Made by a program: the position numbers and the translations under genes
Part shown: piece by piece, positions 1 to 9,150 of the stretch
Layout: every line of letters begins with the position of its first letter
Numbering within the stretch: position 1 is the stretch's first letter
Assembly (NCBI GenBank): GCA_963798845.1
Contig: CAWCUS010000002.1
Coordinates: forward strand, 10,073-74,072
Direction: 5' to 3'
DNA: 64,000 nt
Source: an uncultured Gemmatimonadales bacterium
GTDB lineage: Bacteria; Gemmatimonadota; Gemmatimonadetes; Longimicrobiales; RSA9
Notes under the pieces: generated by a model
What the model saw: only the letters and a program-made list of their open reading frames with translations
Database searches by the model: none
What the model was told of the DNA's origin: nothing

Positions 1-900
1 GACCTGGGCGCCTACTCGTCGCGCGAGACGTTCATGGTGGGCAACGCCGCCGTCCACGCCGCGAAGCAGATCCGGGAGCGGGTATGCGGCGCCGTGGCGG
101 GCGCGTGGGACGTCGCCCCCGACCGCGTGGGCCTGGCCGGCGGCTGGGCGTTCGACGTCCGGGACACCGCCCGCCGCATGCCCATCTCCGAAGCGTTCAA
201 CCTGGCCGAGGCGAAGCACGGCACGCTGGGCGCCGTGGGGCACTACGACACGCCCAAGGACGTGCACGGCGACTACCGCGGCGGCACCATCGGCGCGTCA
301 CCCGCCTACTCCTTCACCGCCCACGTCGCCGAAGTGGAAGTGGACGAGGAGACGGGCGTCGTCACGGTGAAGAGCATCTGGGCCGCCCACGACTGCGGCC
401 GCGCGCTCAACCCCGTGCTGGTGGAGGGGCAGATCGAGGGGAGCGTGTACATGGGCTACGCCGAAGCGCTCATGGAGGAGCAGGTCTTCAAGTCGGGCGA
501 CGAGGGGAAGGCCGGCCTCCACAACTGCCCGTCGCTGCTCGACTACCGCATGCCCACGTCCATGGACACCCCGGACATCCAGGCGCTCATCGTCGAGTCC
601 GTCGACCCCGAGGGGCCGTACGGCGCCAAGGAAGCGGGCGAGGGGCCGCTGCACCCGTCGATTCCGGCCATCGCCAACGCCATCTACGACGCGGTGGGCG
701 TGCGGCTCGACTCCCTGCCGTTCTCACCGCCCCGGGTGTGGCGGGCCATCCGGGCGGCGAAGGGGGAGGCGTTCGAGGATGGCGGCGGTCCGAGCGCCAC
801 GTCGCAGCCGCGGAACGAGCGGGAAGGGGAGTCGCCCACCAGCGCGCGGCCGCGGGCGTATGCTACCACCCCAGGCGGTGGCCGACCGGGCAAGGGGTGA
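1..900 (+). CDS. Xanthine dehydrogenase / aldehyde oxidase family molybdopterin-binding large subunit, C-terminal ~300 aa (5' end upstream of window)
   Basis: Frame 1 is open from nt 1 (DLGAYSSRETF precedes the first Met at 34). Family-typical C-terminal motifs FTAHVAEVEVDEETG, WAAHDCGRALNP, VEGQIEGS, GPYGAKEAGEGPL. Stop at 898-900 after a low-complexity tail. Confidence 0.85.
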   Translation, partial: DLGAYSSRETFMVGNAAVHAAKQIRERVCGAVAGAWDVAPDRVGLAGGWAFDVRDTARRMPISEAFNLAEAKHGTLGAVGHYDTPKDVHGDYRGGTIGASPAYSFTAHVAEVEVDEETGVVTVKSIWAAHDCGRALNPVLVEGQIEGSVYMGYAEALMEEQVFKSGDEGKAGLHNCPSLLDYRMPTSMDTPDIQALIVESVDPEGPYGAKEAGEGPLHPSIPAIANAIYDAVGVRLDSLPFSPPRVWRAIRAAKGEAFEDGGGPSATSQPRNEREGESPTSARPRAYATTPGGGRPGKG

Positions 901-969
901 CGTTTTCGCTGGGCCGCAGCGGGTATGCAAACTCCGGTTACCATCACACCACAGCGAGGACGAGCTCCG

Positions 970-1431
970 ATGACCAAGGTGACACCGTTCCTGATGTTCA
1001 ACGACCAGCTCGAAGCGGCCATGGAGTTCTACACCGCCACGTTCCCGGACTCCGAGATCAGGAATGTCGCCCGCACCGGCAAGGACGGCCCCATCACCTC
1101 CGCCGAGTTCGTCGTCGGCGGTCAGTTCTTCATGGGTTACAACGGGGGCCCGTACTTCGCCTTCTCCGAAGGCCTCTCGCTCTACGTGGACTGCGAGGAC
1201 CAGAACGAGGTCGACGAGTACTGGGACAAGCTCGTCGGGGCCGGCGCGCAGCCTACGGCGTGCGGTTGGATCAAGGACCCGTTCGGCCTCTCCTGGCAGA
1301 TCGTCCCGAGGCGGTTCATGGAGCTCATCCGCGACGAGGACCCCGGGAAGGTCAGGGCCGTGATGGAAGCCATGATGACGATGGTGAAGCTCGACGTGGC
1401 GGCGTTGGAGCGAGCGTACAATGAAGCGTAG
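970..1431 (+). CDS. VOC (glyoxalase-fold) family protein, PhnB / 3-demethylubiquinone-9 3-methyltransferase-domain type
   Basis: ORF 925-1431. The Met at 970 is preceded by GAGGA. MTKVTPFLMFNDQLEAAMEFY and CGWIKDPFGLSWQIVP resemble this family as I remember it. Confidence 0.75.
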   Translation: MTKVTPFLMFNDQLEAAMEFYTATFPDSEIRNVARTGKDGPITSAEFVVGGQFFMGYNGGPYFAFSEGLSLYVDCEDQNEVDEYWDKLVGAGAQPTACGWIKDPFGLSWQIVPRRFMELIRDEDPGKVRAVMEAMMTMVKLDVAALERAYNEA

Positions 1432-1506
1432 CAGTCCGACGCCCACGCCCTTCGTTCGATCCGGAGCCAACCTGCGGCGCTACTGATCCCCCGACCTGGA
1501 ACCTCC

Positions 1507-1983
1507 ATGGCAAGAAGCCCGGTTCGCCGAATCGGAGAAGCGGTGGGCCTCCTCGGCGTCGTCGCTTCGCTCGTCTTCGTCGGTCTCGAGCTCCGTCAGA
1601 GCCGGATCGCGGCCCGCGCCGCCGCATACCAGGAGCTCGGGATCGCGGTGGCGGACAACTGGATGGACAGGGCGGACAACCGCGAGCTCAACGACCTGGT
1701 CTTCCTCGCGATGTACGCGGATTCCGCCACGTGGGCGGGCATCAGCGACTCGGACGCCTATCTGCTCCGGTCCTACGTCGTCGCGAACGTCCGGCTGTAC
1801 GAGACTGTCTACCTCCAGGTCCAGCAGCACCTTCTCGACGCGGAAGCGCTGGAGAACCTCGGGTGGACCCACCTGATGGACAGCAAGCTTCTCGAGCGAA
1901 CGTGGTCGCAGGTCAAGCCGGCCGTCACGCCCGGGTTCGCCAGGTACCTGGAGGACGAGCAGCCGCTCCTCCGAGGCCGCTAG
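1507..1983 (+). CDS. Hypothetical protein with one N-terminal transmembrane helix
   Basis: 158-aa ORF with genome-typical GC3 bias. Hydrophobic segment GLLGVVASLVFVGL near the N-terminus. No motif recognised. Confidence 0.5.
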   Translation: MARSPVRRIGEAVGLLGVVASLVFVGLELRQSRIAARAAAYQELGIAVADNWMDRADNRELNDLVFLAMYADSATWAGISDSDAYLLRSYVVANVRLYETVYLQVQQHLLDAEALENLGWTHLMDSKLLERTWSQVKPAVTPGFARYLEDEQPLLRGR

Positions 1984-2020
1984 CTTTCGCCAGGAGGTCG
2001 AGGGATTGCTCCTGGAGCTG

Positions 2021-2536
2021 CTACGCAGTGGCGCCGCGTGACCCGCGATCCTTCATCGCCATCACGTGCTCCCCGAGCTGATCGACGGCGATCTCGGTGC
2101 CCTCGTAGAAGCCGCTCGCCCTGTTCTTCTCGAGGTCCGCTTCGTCCCGGTGCAGCGCCGTGAAGACGTAGCGGGTGCCGGTTCCCACGGTCTCCATGGT
2201 CATGATGGCGGTGATCGGAATGTCGTCGAAGACGGCCGGGCGATAGCCGGGGAACAGCATGGAGGTCCAGACGAGCCGCTCCATGGGAACGGCTTCCAGG
2301 ACGCAGCCGAGGTTGGGAACCTCGGGACCGCCGGGCAGCGCGATGTCGATGCGGACGATGCCGCCCGGACGCGCGTCCATCTCGGCCCGCGCCACGCGCC
2401 CCCAGGCCCTCGGCATGTACCACTCCCGGATATGCTCCGGCTGCGTCAACGCTTCCCAGACCAGCCGCGTGGGCGCGTCGATGAACCGCTCGATGGCGAA
2501 ATCCAGTTTCGGGTCGATCGTGACTCGCTCGCTCAT
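2021..2536 (-). CDS. SRPBCC / AHSA1 (activator of Hsp90 ATPase homolog 1-like) domain protein
   Basis: ORF 2021-2602. The Met of MSERVTIDPKLDFAIERFIDAPTRLVWEALTQPEHIREWY is at 2536 and overlaps the upstream ArsR stop (ATGA). The sequence is typical of the AHSA1/SRPBCC family that is often paired with ArsR regulators. Confidence 0.8.
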   Translation of the reverse strand: MSERVTIDPKLDFAIERFIDAPTRLVWEALTQPEHIREWYMPRAWGRVARAEMDARPGGIVRIDIALPGGPEVPNLGCVLEAVPMERLVWTSMLFPGYRPAVFDDIPITAIMTMETVGTGTRYVFTALHRDEADLEKNRASGFYEGTEIAVDQLGEHVMAMKDRGSRGATA

Positions 2537-2886
2537 GACTCGGACTCCTTCTCCTTGAGTTGCCGGATGTACTGGTCGAACCGGTCCAGTCGAGACTCCC
2601 ACTCCCGACGGCGCGCGCTCAGCCAGTCCTCAACGACCATGAACCCTTCCGGTGCGATCTCGTACGTCCGCACGCGCCCCCGCTTCTCCGACCGCACCAG
2701 CCGGCTCTCTTCCAGTACCGAGAGGTGCTGCACGAACGACGGGAGCCGCATGTCGAACGGCGACGCCAGCTCGCTCACCGTGGCCCGTCCCACGGACAGC
2801 CGCTCCAGCACTTCCCGCCGCGTTCGGTTCGACAGGGCGTGAAACACGTTGTCAGCGGCTGCGGAGTGAGCCATTCGCGACACCAT
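2533..2886 (-). CDS. ArsR/SmtB family transcriptional regulator
   Basis: 117 aa. Winged-HTH signature FHALSNRTRREVLERLSVGRATVSELASPFDMRLPSFVQHLSVLEESRLV. ATG at 2886; stop overlaps the SRPBCC start. Confidence 0.85.
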   Translation of the reverse strand: MVSRMAHSAAADNVFHALSNRTRREVLERLSVGRATVSELASPFDMRLPSFVQHLSVLEESRLVRSEKRGRVRTYEIAPEGFMVVEDWLSARRREWESRLDRFDQYIRQLKEKESES

Positions 2887-2937
2887 CCCGATGCTCGGAT
2901 CCCATGATCGGCCACGACCATTCTACACCCGCGTGAT

Positions 2938-2957
2938 ACTTAGGTCAATACCTAAGT
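2938..2957. promoter_or_regulatory. Perfect inverted repeat ACTTAGGT-caat-ACCTAAGT; candidate ArsR-family operator
   Basis: 8-bp arms with a 4-bp spacer, AT-rich in a GC-rich genome. It lies ~52 nt upstream of the arsR-family start in the arsR/dinB divergent spacer. Confidence 0.45.
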
Positions 2958-3178
2958 GTTGGGCGTAGATGAAACCGGAGTCCTCGTGCCTCGAAGGGAA
3001 CGTTGCGCGGGCGCGGCGCCCGGATAGATTCTGCGCACGACCCCTGCGCCACTGACCTCGGGCGGGGCCATCGGGCGCCGCCAGGAAGCCGAGGCCGAGC
3101 GCTCTCGCCGTTCATGACGCCTCAGCTGCTGTTCGTTCAAGGCGGTGGCGCGGGCGTTCCCCGAACTCTGGAGAGCCA

Positions 3179-3679
3179 ATGTTCCGGAAGATCGATGACT
3201 TCCTCGCCGTGTGGGACGACGAGCGAGAGGCCACGCTGAAGGTGCTGGGCAGCCTCACGGACGACTGCCTGGCGCGGAAGCTCCACCCGGACGTGCGGGC
3301 CCCGGGGCGCCTGGCCTGGCACATCACGCAGACGATACCGGAGATGGGCGGCCGGACCGGGCTCGAGCTGGAAGGTCCAGGGGAGGATGAGGCGGTCCCG
3401 TCTTCCGCGGCCGTGCTGGCGGCGCGCTACCGGGAGGCGGCGGATTCCCTCGCGGGAGCGGTGCGCGACCGATGGACGGACGCGGATCTCCTCGTCGAAG
3501 ACGACATGTACGGCGAGGCCTGGCCGCGGGGGCGCTCCCTCTGGGCCGTGGTGGGCCACCAGATCCATCATCGTGGGCAGCTGATGACGCTGATGAGGAT
3601 GGCGGGACTGCCGGTGCAGGGGGTGTACGGTCCGTCCCGCGAGGAGTGGGTAGTTTTCGGGATGCCATCGCCGGAATAG
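3179..3679 (+). CDS. DinB family (damage-inducible, four-helix-bundle metal-binding) protein
   Basis: 166 aa. GGAGAG lies before the ATG. His-rich motifs LAWHITQT and GHQIHHRGQL are typical of the DinB superfamily. Confidence 0.8.
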   Translation: MFRKIDDFLAVWDDEREATLKVLGSLTDDCLARKLHPDVRAPGRLAWHITQTIPEMGGRTGLELEGPGEDEAVPSSAAVLAARYREAADSLAGAVRDRWTDADLLVEDDMYGEAWPRGRSLWAVVGHQIHHRGQLMTLMRMAGLPVQGVYGPSREEWVVFGMPSPE

Positions 3680-3691
3680 GCCAGGAAGCCG

Positions 3692-4252
3692 ATGAACGTC
3701 GAAGAAGCGATCCGCGCGCGCGTGTCCGTGAAGGAGTATGCGGACGACGCCGTCGCCCGGGAGGAGATCCAGACGCTGCTCGAGCTGGCGGTGCTGGCGC
3801 CGAACCACCGGATGACGGAGCCGCTTTCGTTCCGGGTCATGGGCGAGGGCGCAAAGCTCGCCTATGCCCGTGCGCTGGCCGGCCGCAAGGCGGCGAAGGT
3901 GGAGGACGCGGATGCGGCGGAGGCGGTGCGGCAGAAGGTGATCCATCGCACCACGGGAGTGCCGTGGATGATCGGGGTCGTGGTCCGGCAGGACGAGAAC
4001 CCGGAGATCCGGGAAGAGGACCACGCCACGGCGTTCATGGCGATCGAGAACATGTGTCTCGCGGCGGTGGACATGGGACTGGGAACGCACATCAAGACCG
4101 GCGCGGTGATGGGGGAGCCCGCTCTGCGGGAAGCGCTCGGGGTGGCGGAAGACGAGCGACTGGTGGCAGTGGTCTTCCTGGGTGTGCCGGCGGAGGTGCC
4201 GGATCGGAAGCCGCGCACGCCTGCGGTGCAGGTCACACGCTGGCTGGAATAG
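3692..4252 (+). CDS. Nitroreductase family protein
   Basis: 186 aa. RVSVKEY, LLELAVLAPNHRMTEP and the C-terminal layout are typical of NAD(P)H nitroreductase-fold proteins. Confidence 0.8.
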   Translation: MNVEEAIRARVSVKEYADDAVAREEIQTLLELAVLAPNHRMTEPLSFRVMGEGAKLAYARALAGRKAAKVEDADAAEAVRQKVIHRTTGVPWMIGVVVRQDENPEIREEDHATAFMAIENMCLAAVDMGLGTHIKTGAVMGEPALREALGVAEDERLVAVVFLGVPAEVPDRKPRTPAVQVTRWLE

Positions 4253-4355
4253 CGCTCTGGCCTCCGTCCGTTTCCGCGATCGGGCGCTTTACCGCGCCCC
4301 GGCGCGACCGTACCTTGGGCGTGTCCACGCAGACCCCCGATCCCACCCCGTCCAG

Positions 4356-4934
4356 ATGGCGCTTCCATCCATGCGACGGCTGACCGTCTTCCTGCTCTCT
4401 GCCGGCGTCGCCATCGGCGCCTGCGGCGGCGACCGCCCCGAAAGCGCGGGAGCAGAGGGGCGGCCGGCGGCAGGGCGTCAGCCGGAGTCCGCCCCCGCCG
4501 ACACCGCGAGCCCTGACAGTGGTGCGCAGGCCGAGAGCGCGGCGCCCGGCGTCCCCGGAGGGGAATCGACCGGTGCGGCGGCTGGCGAGGCGTCGTCGGG
4601 CCCAGCTGGCCGGGCGGGCGAGGCTGAACCCGCGGGCGATGCGCTGTACACGGTGCAGGTGGCGGCGTTCACCGACGCGAAGACGGCGACGAGCTGGACT
4701 GAACGCCTCCAGCGCCAGGACTTTCCGGCGTGGACGTCCATGGTGGAGCTGGGCGGGACGACGTACTACCGCCTGCGTGTCGGGGCGACGCCGAGCGTGC
4801 CGGAAGCCATGCGGCTGGGGCAGCTCCTGATGCGGAAATACGACTGGCCGGTGTGGGTGGCCCCCGTCGCCGGGGGCGAACGGGTCCCGGACGGCACGGT
4901 GTCCGAGACGCGCCGCGTGCTGGGCGACGGCTGA
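4356..4934 (+). CDS. SPOR domain-containing lipoprotein
   Basis: ORF 4182-4934. Internal Met at 4356 gives MALPSMRRLTVFLLSAGVAIGACGG (lipobox). A low-complexity linker follows, then a C-terminal SPOR-like domain YTVQVAAFTDAKTATSWTERLQRQDFPAWTSMVELGGTTYYRLRVG. Confidence 0.7.
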   Translation: MALPSMRRLTVFLLSAGVAIGACGGDRPESAGAEGRPAAGRQPESAPADTASPDSGAQAESAAPGVPGGESTGAAAGEASSGPAGRAGEAEPAGDALYTVQVAAFTDAKTATSWTERLQRQDFPAWTSMVELGGTTYYRLRVGATPSVPEAMRLGQLLMRKYDWPVWVAPVAGGERVPDGTVSETRRVLGDG

Positions 4935-4946
4935 GGCAGGGGCGCC

Positions 4947-5948
4947 GTGCTGCGTCTCCCCCCGTTCGAGTACCATCGTCCCGGGACCGTCGAGGAGGCG
5001 TTGCGTCTTCTTGCGTCGCTCGGCGGCGCGGCCATGCCGGTTGCGGGCGGCACGGACGTGATCCCGAACATGAAGCACCGGCTGCACGAGCCGGCGCACC
5101 TGGTCTCGCTTCGGGGGATCGAAGCGCTGAAGGGGATCCGCCACGGCGACGCCGGGCTCGTCATCGGGGCCGGGGAAACGCTGGCCGACATCGCCGCCCA
5201 CCCGCTGGTGGCGGCGCACGCGCCGGCGCTGGCCGCCGCGGCGGGGCAGGTGGCCGGTCCCCAGCTCCGCAACGCCGGCACCGTGGGCGGGAACCTCTGC
5301 CTGGACACCCGCTGCACGTACTACAACCAGACGCCGTTCTGGCGGGAGGCGCTCGGGTTCTGCCTCAAGAAGGATGGCGACACCTGTCACGTCACGAAGG
5401 CGGGACGGAAGTGCGTGGCCGCCCACTCGGCGGACACCCCACCGGTGCTGTGGGCGCTCGGCGCGTCCGTGGTGCTGACGTCGGTGGACGGCAGCCGGAC
5501 GGTGCCCGTGGAGGATTTCTTCGTCGCGGACGGGATCCGCAACACCGTCCGCGAGGCTGGCGAGATCCTCACCGAGGTACGCGTCCCGGCGCAGCCGGCC
5601 GGCACCCGCATGGCGTTTCGGAAGCTGCGTCAGCGCGCGGCCATCGACTTCCCGCTGCTGAACACGGCGGTGGTGGCGAGGCTGGACGGCGACGGCACGC
5701 TGCGAGCGCTCCGCATCGTGGTGTCCGCCCTGGGCTCGCGCCCGCGGGAGCTTTCCGGGCTGGACGCGTTCCTTGGCGAGCCGCTGGACGACCAGGCCGT
5801 GGACGGGATCGCCGGGCTGGGGCAACAGCAGTGCCGCCCGCTGACCAACCTCATCGTCGATCCCGAGTGGCGCCGCGCGATGGTCCCCGTCGAGGTCCGG
5901 CGCGCACTCCGCGCGATCAGCGGAAGCGCCACCTCCGGCTCCCGCTGA
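4947..5948 (+). CDS. FAD-binding (medium/beta) subunit of a xanthine-dehydrogenase-family enzyme, with an HcrB-like Cys-rich insertion
   Basis: 333 aa, GTG start. MPVAGGTDVIPNMK and NAGTVGGNLC are family motifs. A ~40-aa insert follows GGNLC: CLDTRCTYYNQTPFWREALGFCLKKDGDTCHVTKAGRKC. Confidence 0.85.
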   Translation: MLRLPPFEYHRPGTVEEALRLLASLGGAAMPVAGGTDVIPNMKHRLHEPAHLVSLRGIEALKGIRHGDAGLVIGAGETLADIAAHPLVAAHAPALAAAAGQVAGPQLRNAGTVGGNLCLDTRCTYYNQTPFWREALGFCLKKDGDTCHVTKAGRKCVAAHSADTPPVLWALGASVVLTSVDGSRTVPVEDFFVADGIRNTVREAGEILTEVRVPAQPAGTRMAFRKLRQRAAIDFPLLNTAVVARLDGDGTLRALRIVVSALGSRPRELSGLDAFLGEPLDDQAVDGIAGLGQQQCRPLTNLIVDPEWRRAMVPVEVRRALRAISGSATSGSR

Positions 5949-6855
5949 GCGCCCCGGTCCGCTTCGGGCGGCCGCCGCCAGCGATCACCTGCGCGTAGTT
6001 CAGCGCAGAAACCAGCGCCACGCCCCCCACCACGTTCCCCGCCAGCGTCGGCGGCGCGTATCGGAGCGCATAGTCCGCCCAGGTGAGGCCGTCCGCTCCC
6101 ACCGCGTAGATCACCTCCACCGAGCCCGCCACGATGTGCGGGAAGCCGCCCACTCCGATCAGGTACGTCATCATGACGATGATGGGGACCTGGCCGCCCT
6201 GCGCCGCCGGGAGCATCCAGACCATCAGGGCGATCAGCCATCCCGCGAAGACCCCCTGGAGGAGGAGCTGCAGCCACGAGCCCGAGGCCGCCTCCGTGCC
6301 GATCTGGAGCAGCGCCGCCTGCACGGGGCCGTCCAGAACGGGCGTGTGCGACGTCCCCAGCGCGAAAATCGCGGCGCCCAGCAGGTTGGCGCCCAGCACC
6401 ACCGCCCACAGCCTCGCCACGTTCAGCAGCGCCGAGCCGCTGCGCCGGGAAAGCAGCGGGATGATGGCCGTGAGCGTGTTCTCGGTGAACAGCTGCTGGC
6501 TCCCCAGCGTGATCATCAGGAAGCCGACGCTGTACCCGAGCTTGCTCACCAGCGTCGACCACGGCGCGTCCGGCAGGTGCGTCCGGAGCAGTCCCTCCGC
6601 CACCAGCGAGAACCCCATGGACAGCCCCGCCGCGAGTCCCGAGAAGAAGAGCGCGGCCGACGGCCGCGAAAGCTCCTCCTCACCACGCCGACGGATCACC
6701 TCGTACGTGATGTCCGCGTTCAGCGGCGCTTCCCGCTCCGCCTTCTCGATCTCCTGCTCAGTCAGCTCGGGCGAGCTGCCCCGCTCCTCGCCCTCGGGGG
6801 CGCGATCCTCCGTGCCGTCCGCCGACAGATCAGGTTCCTCTGGTGTGCGCGTCAT
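5917..6855 (-). CDS. Formate/nitrite transporter (FNT) family channel
   Basis: Only the last 313 codons of the 1010-aa track ORF are credible. Met at 6855 (MTRTPEEPDL). Six hydrophobic segments, LGSQQLFTENT and GNVVGG motifs typical of FocA/NirC-type channels. Confidence 0.8.
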   Translation of the reverse strand: MTRTPEEPDLSADGTEDRAPEGEERGSSPELTEQEIEKAEREAPLNADITYEVIRRRGEEELSRPSAALFFSGLAAGLSMGFSLVAEGLLRTHLPDAPWSTLVSKLGYSVGFLMITLGSQQLFTENTLTAIIPLLSRRSGSALLNVARLWAVVLGANLLGAAIFALGTSHTPVLDGPVQAALLQIGTEAASGSWLQLLLQGVFAGWLIALMVWMLPAAQGGQVPIIVMMTYLIGVGGFPHIVAGSVEVIYAVGADGLTWADYALRYAPPTLAGNVVGGVALVSALNYAQVIAGGGRPKRTGALSGSRRWRFR

Positions 6856-6920
6856 GGAGGCGCACGCCCGTTCAAGTTTCACGCCCGGGCCAGAGTCGAC
6901 AGGCCTTCCGGGCGCCAGCG

Positions 6921-7853
6921 CTACGCTCGAGCCCGCTCGCGTCCGCGAGCGTGCGCGCGGGCGCCGGTGATGAGGGCCACGCCGCCGACGATGATGGCGG
7001 AGGCGAGGAGGACGCGGGCGGTGAGGCGCTCTCCGGCCAGGAGCCAGCCGAGGAAGACCGCGACGACGGGGTTGACGTAGGCGTAGGTGGAGGCCAGCGC
7101 TGGCGGAGTGACGCGGAGCAGCCAGACGTAGGAGGTGTAGCCGAGGAGGGAGCCGAAGACGACGAGGTAGGCGAGGGCGAGCACGGAGCGGCGGGAGAAG
7201 GCTGCGGGGTCGACGCGGCCGAGCTCCCCGGCGAGGGTGCCGGCGAGCATGAGGAGCGCGCCGCCGGCGAGCATCTGCATACCGGTGGCCAGGAGCGGCG
7301 CGGGGAGAGTGGCGGTTCGGGAGTAGAGGGAGCCGGCGGCCCAGGCCACGGAGGCGAGCACGAGCACGATCCAGCCCACGAGGTGGTTGGGTCCGGTCTG
7401 GGGCCCGCCGAGGAGCAGGGCGACGCCGCCGAGGCCGACCAGGATCCCGAGCCACACGGCGGGCGCTGGCGCCCGCCCGCCGGGCCGGAGCCAGTCGAGG
7501 ACCACCATCCAGAGGGGGACGGCGGCGACGATGAGGGCGGCGGTGCCGGACTCCACCCACTGCTCGGCCCACACCACGCCGCCGTTGCCGCCGAGGAGCA
7601 TGAGGCCGCCAACGATCGTGGCGGCGCGCCACTGGCTCGCGCTGGGGCGGGAGAACCCCGCCGCACGGCGCCAGCCGTAGAGGATCGCGCCGGCCACGAG
7701 GAAGCGGGTGCCCGCCATGTAGAACGGCGGGAGGGTCTCGACGGCGAAGCGGATGGCGAGGTAGGTGGATCCCCAGATGACGTAGACGGTGCCCAGGGCC
7801 AGCGCGATGCGCGTCGCCGACGCTGTCTCGGGCGCTCGGGCTGCCGCCGTCAC
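6921..7853 (-). CDS. EamA/DMT family transporter
   Basis: About 10 hydrophobic helices. GTVYVIWGSTYLAIR and duplicated EamA-like halves. Start uncertain: GTG 7853 chosen, and the track ORF extends to 7946. Confidence 0.8.
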   Translation of the reverse strand: MTAAARAPETASATRIALALGTVYVIWGSTYLAIRFAVETLPPFYMAGTRFLVAGAILYGWRRAAGFSRPSASQWRAATIVGGLMLLGGNGGVVWAEQWVESGTAALIVAAVPLWMVVLDWLRPGGRAPAPAVWLGILVGLGGVALLLGGPQTGPNHLVGWIVLVLASVAWAAGSLYSRTATLPAPLLATGMQMLAGGALLMLAGTLAGELGRVDPAAFSRRSVLALAYLVVFGSLLGYTSYVWLLRVTPPALASTYAYVNPVVAVFLGWLLAGERLTARVLLASAIIVGGVALITGARAHARGRERARA

Positions 7854-8121
7854 GCGCCGGCTCCCGCGCGTGCCATTCGCCAATCGACCATCGCACCTCT
7901 CGTTCGGGGCCCATCGGCCGCCAGGGTCCTGCCCACCCGTGGGCACCCTGGTGTCGAGCGGGGCCCGGTCGCCGGCCGAAGATAGCGCACGCTCTGTACG
8001 CCGCCAGCGCGTCGTCGCGCGGGAGCGGCGCGCCCGGGGGTCTCGCGCGCCGGGGTGGCCGCGGGTGGGGAGTGTACGTTAATGTCTCACCGTCGTTCCC
8101 CCGCGACCCGATCCTTGCTGC

Positions 8122-9150
8122 ATGCGTCTGGAATTCGACATCCTCGAGCTGCGAACCCGCGAGCCGTTCCACATCGCGCGCCCGTCCGACCCGCATGGGC
8201 GGCGCAACGTGTGGGTCCGGGTGCGGACCGACGAGGGCGAGGAGGGTTGGGGGGAGGCCGCGGCCACGGCGTTCTATGGCGAGACCGCCGGGACAGTGGC
8301 GGCCGTGCTCCCGCGCTACGCTCGCGTCCTCGAGTCCGCGGCGGACCCTTTCTCGCTCGACGCGCTGGAGGCGGCGCTGGAAGCGGCGGTGGGCCGGAAC
8401 CCGTCGGCGCGGGCGGCCATCTCCGCGGCGCTCCACGACCTGCTGGGCAAGCGGCTGGGGCAACCCGTGTGGCGGCTGTGGGGGCTGGACCCGGCGGCCG
8501 CGCCGCGGTCCTCGTTCACGCTCGCGATGGCGGACCCGGAGGAGACGCGTGAGAAGGCGCGTGGAGCGTCGCACCGCCCGGTGCTGAAAGTGAAGGTGGG
8601 CCGCGCGGACGACGAAGCCCGCCTGCGCGCGGTCCGTGAGGAAGCGCCGGACGCGCTGCTGTACGTGGATGCCAACACGGCCTGGACGGCGAAGGAGGCG
8701 CTGCGTCGGCTTCCGATGCTGGAAGAGCTGGGGGTGGCGTTCGTGGAGCAGCCGGTGCACCCGGACGACCGGGAAGGGATGCGCCTGCTGGCGAGGCGGT
8801 CGCGGCTGCCGATCGTGGCGGACGAGTCGTGCGAGAGGGCGGCCGACATTCCCCGCCTGGTGGGGGCGGTCGACGGCATAAACATCAAGCTGGCGAAGGC
8901 CGGGTCGCTCCGGGAGGCGATGCGGATGGTGCACACGGCCAGGAGCCACGGGATGAGCGTGATGCTGGGGTGCATGCTGCAGAGCACGCTCGGGATCGCG
9001 GCCGCCGTGCAGCTCGCGCCCCTGATGGATTACCTCGACCTGGACGGCGCTCTGCTCCTGCGGGACGATCCGTTCACGGGCCCCGGGATGGAGGAGGACG
9101 GCCGGATCCGCTTCAACGAGGCCCCGGGCCTGGGCGTTAATCGCGCATGA
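8122..9150 (+). CDS. Dipeptide epimerase (L-Ala-D/L-Glu epimerase type), enolase superfamily
   Basis: 342 aa. VLKVKVG (KxK), YVDANTAW, FVEQP, IVADES and INIKLAKAG are the metal-ligand and general-base blocks of MLE-subgroup dipeptide epimerases. Confidence 0.8.
   Translation: MRLEFDILELRTREPFHIARPSDPHGRRNVWVRVRTDEGEEGWGEAAATAFYGETAGTVAAVLPRYARVLESAADPFSLDALEAALEAAVGRNPSARAAISAALHDLLGKRLGQPVWRLWGLDPAAAPRSSFTLAMADPEETREKARGASHRPVLKVKVGRADDEARLRAVREEAPDALLYVDANTAWTAKEALRRLPMLEELGVAFVEQPVHPDDREGMRLLARRSRLPIVADESCERAADIPRLVGAVDGINIKLAKAGSLREAMRMVHTARSHGMSVMLGCMLQSTLGIAAAVQLAPLMDYLDLDGALLLRDDPFTGPGMEEDGRIRFNEAPGLGVNRA

Noticed and set aside
5917-5948. Convergent 3'-end overlaps (FAD subunit/FNT 32 nt; GT2/DUF3667 at 21659-21702, 44 nt)
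   Set aside because: This is probably ordinary tail overlap of convergent genes in compact GC-rich DNA, and the C-terminal tails are low-complexity. It is not evidence of anything unusual without expression data.
5917-8949. 1010-aa minus-strand ORF
   Set aside because: Only the last 313 codons (FNT channel, Met 6855) look like protein. The upstream part is Arg/Pro/Gly-rich and runs antisense or out of frame across the EamA and epimerase genes, which is a typical high-GC shadow ORF.
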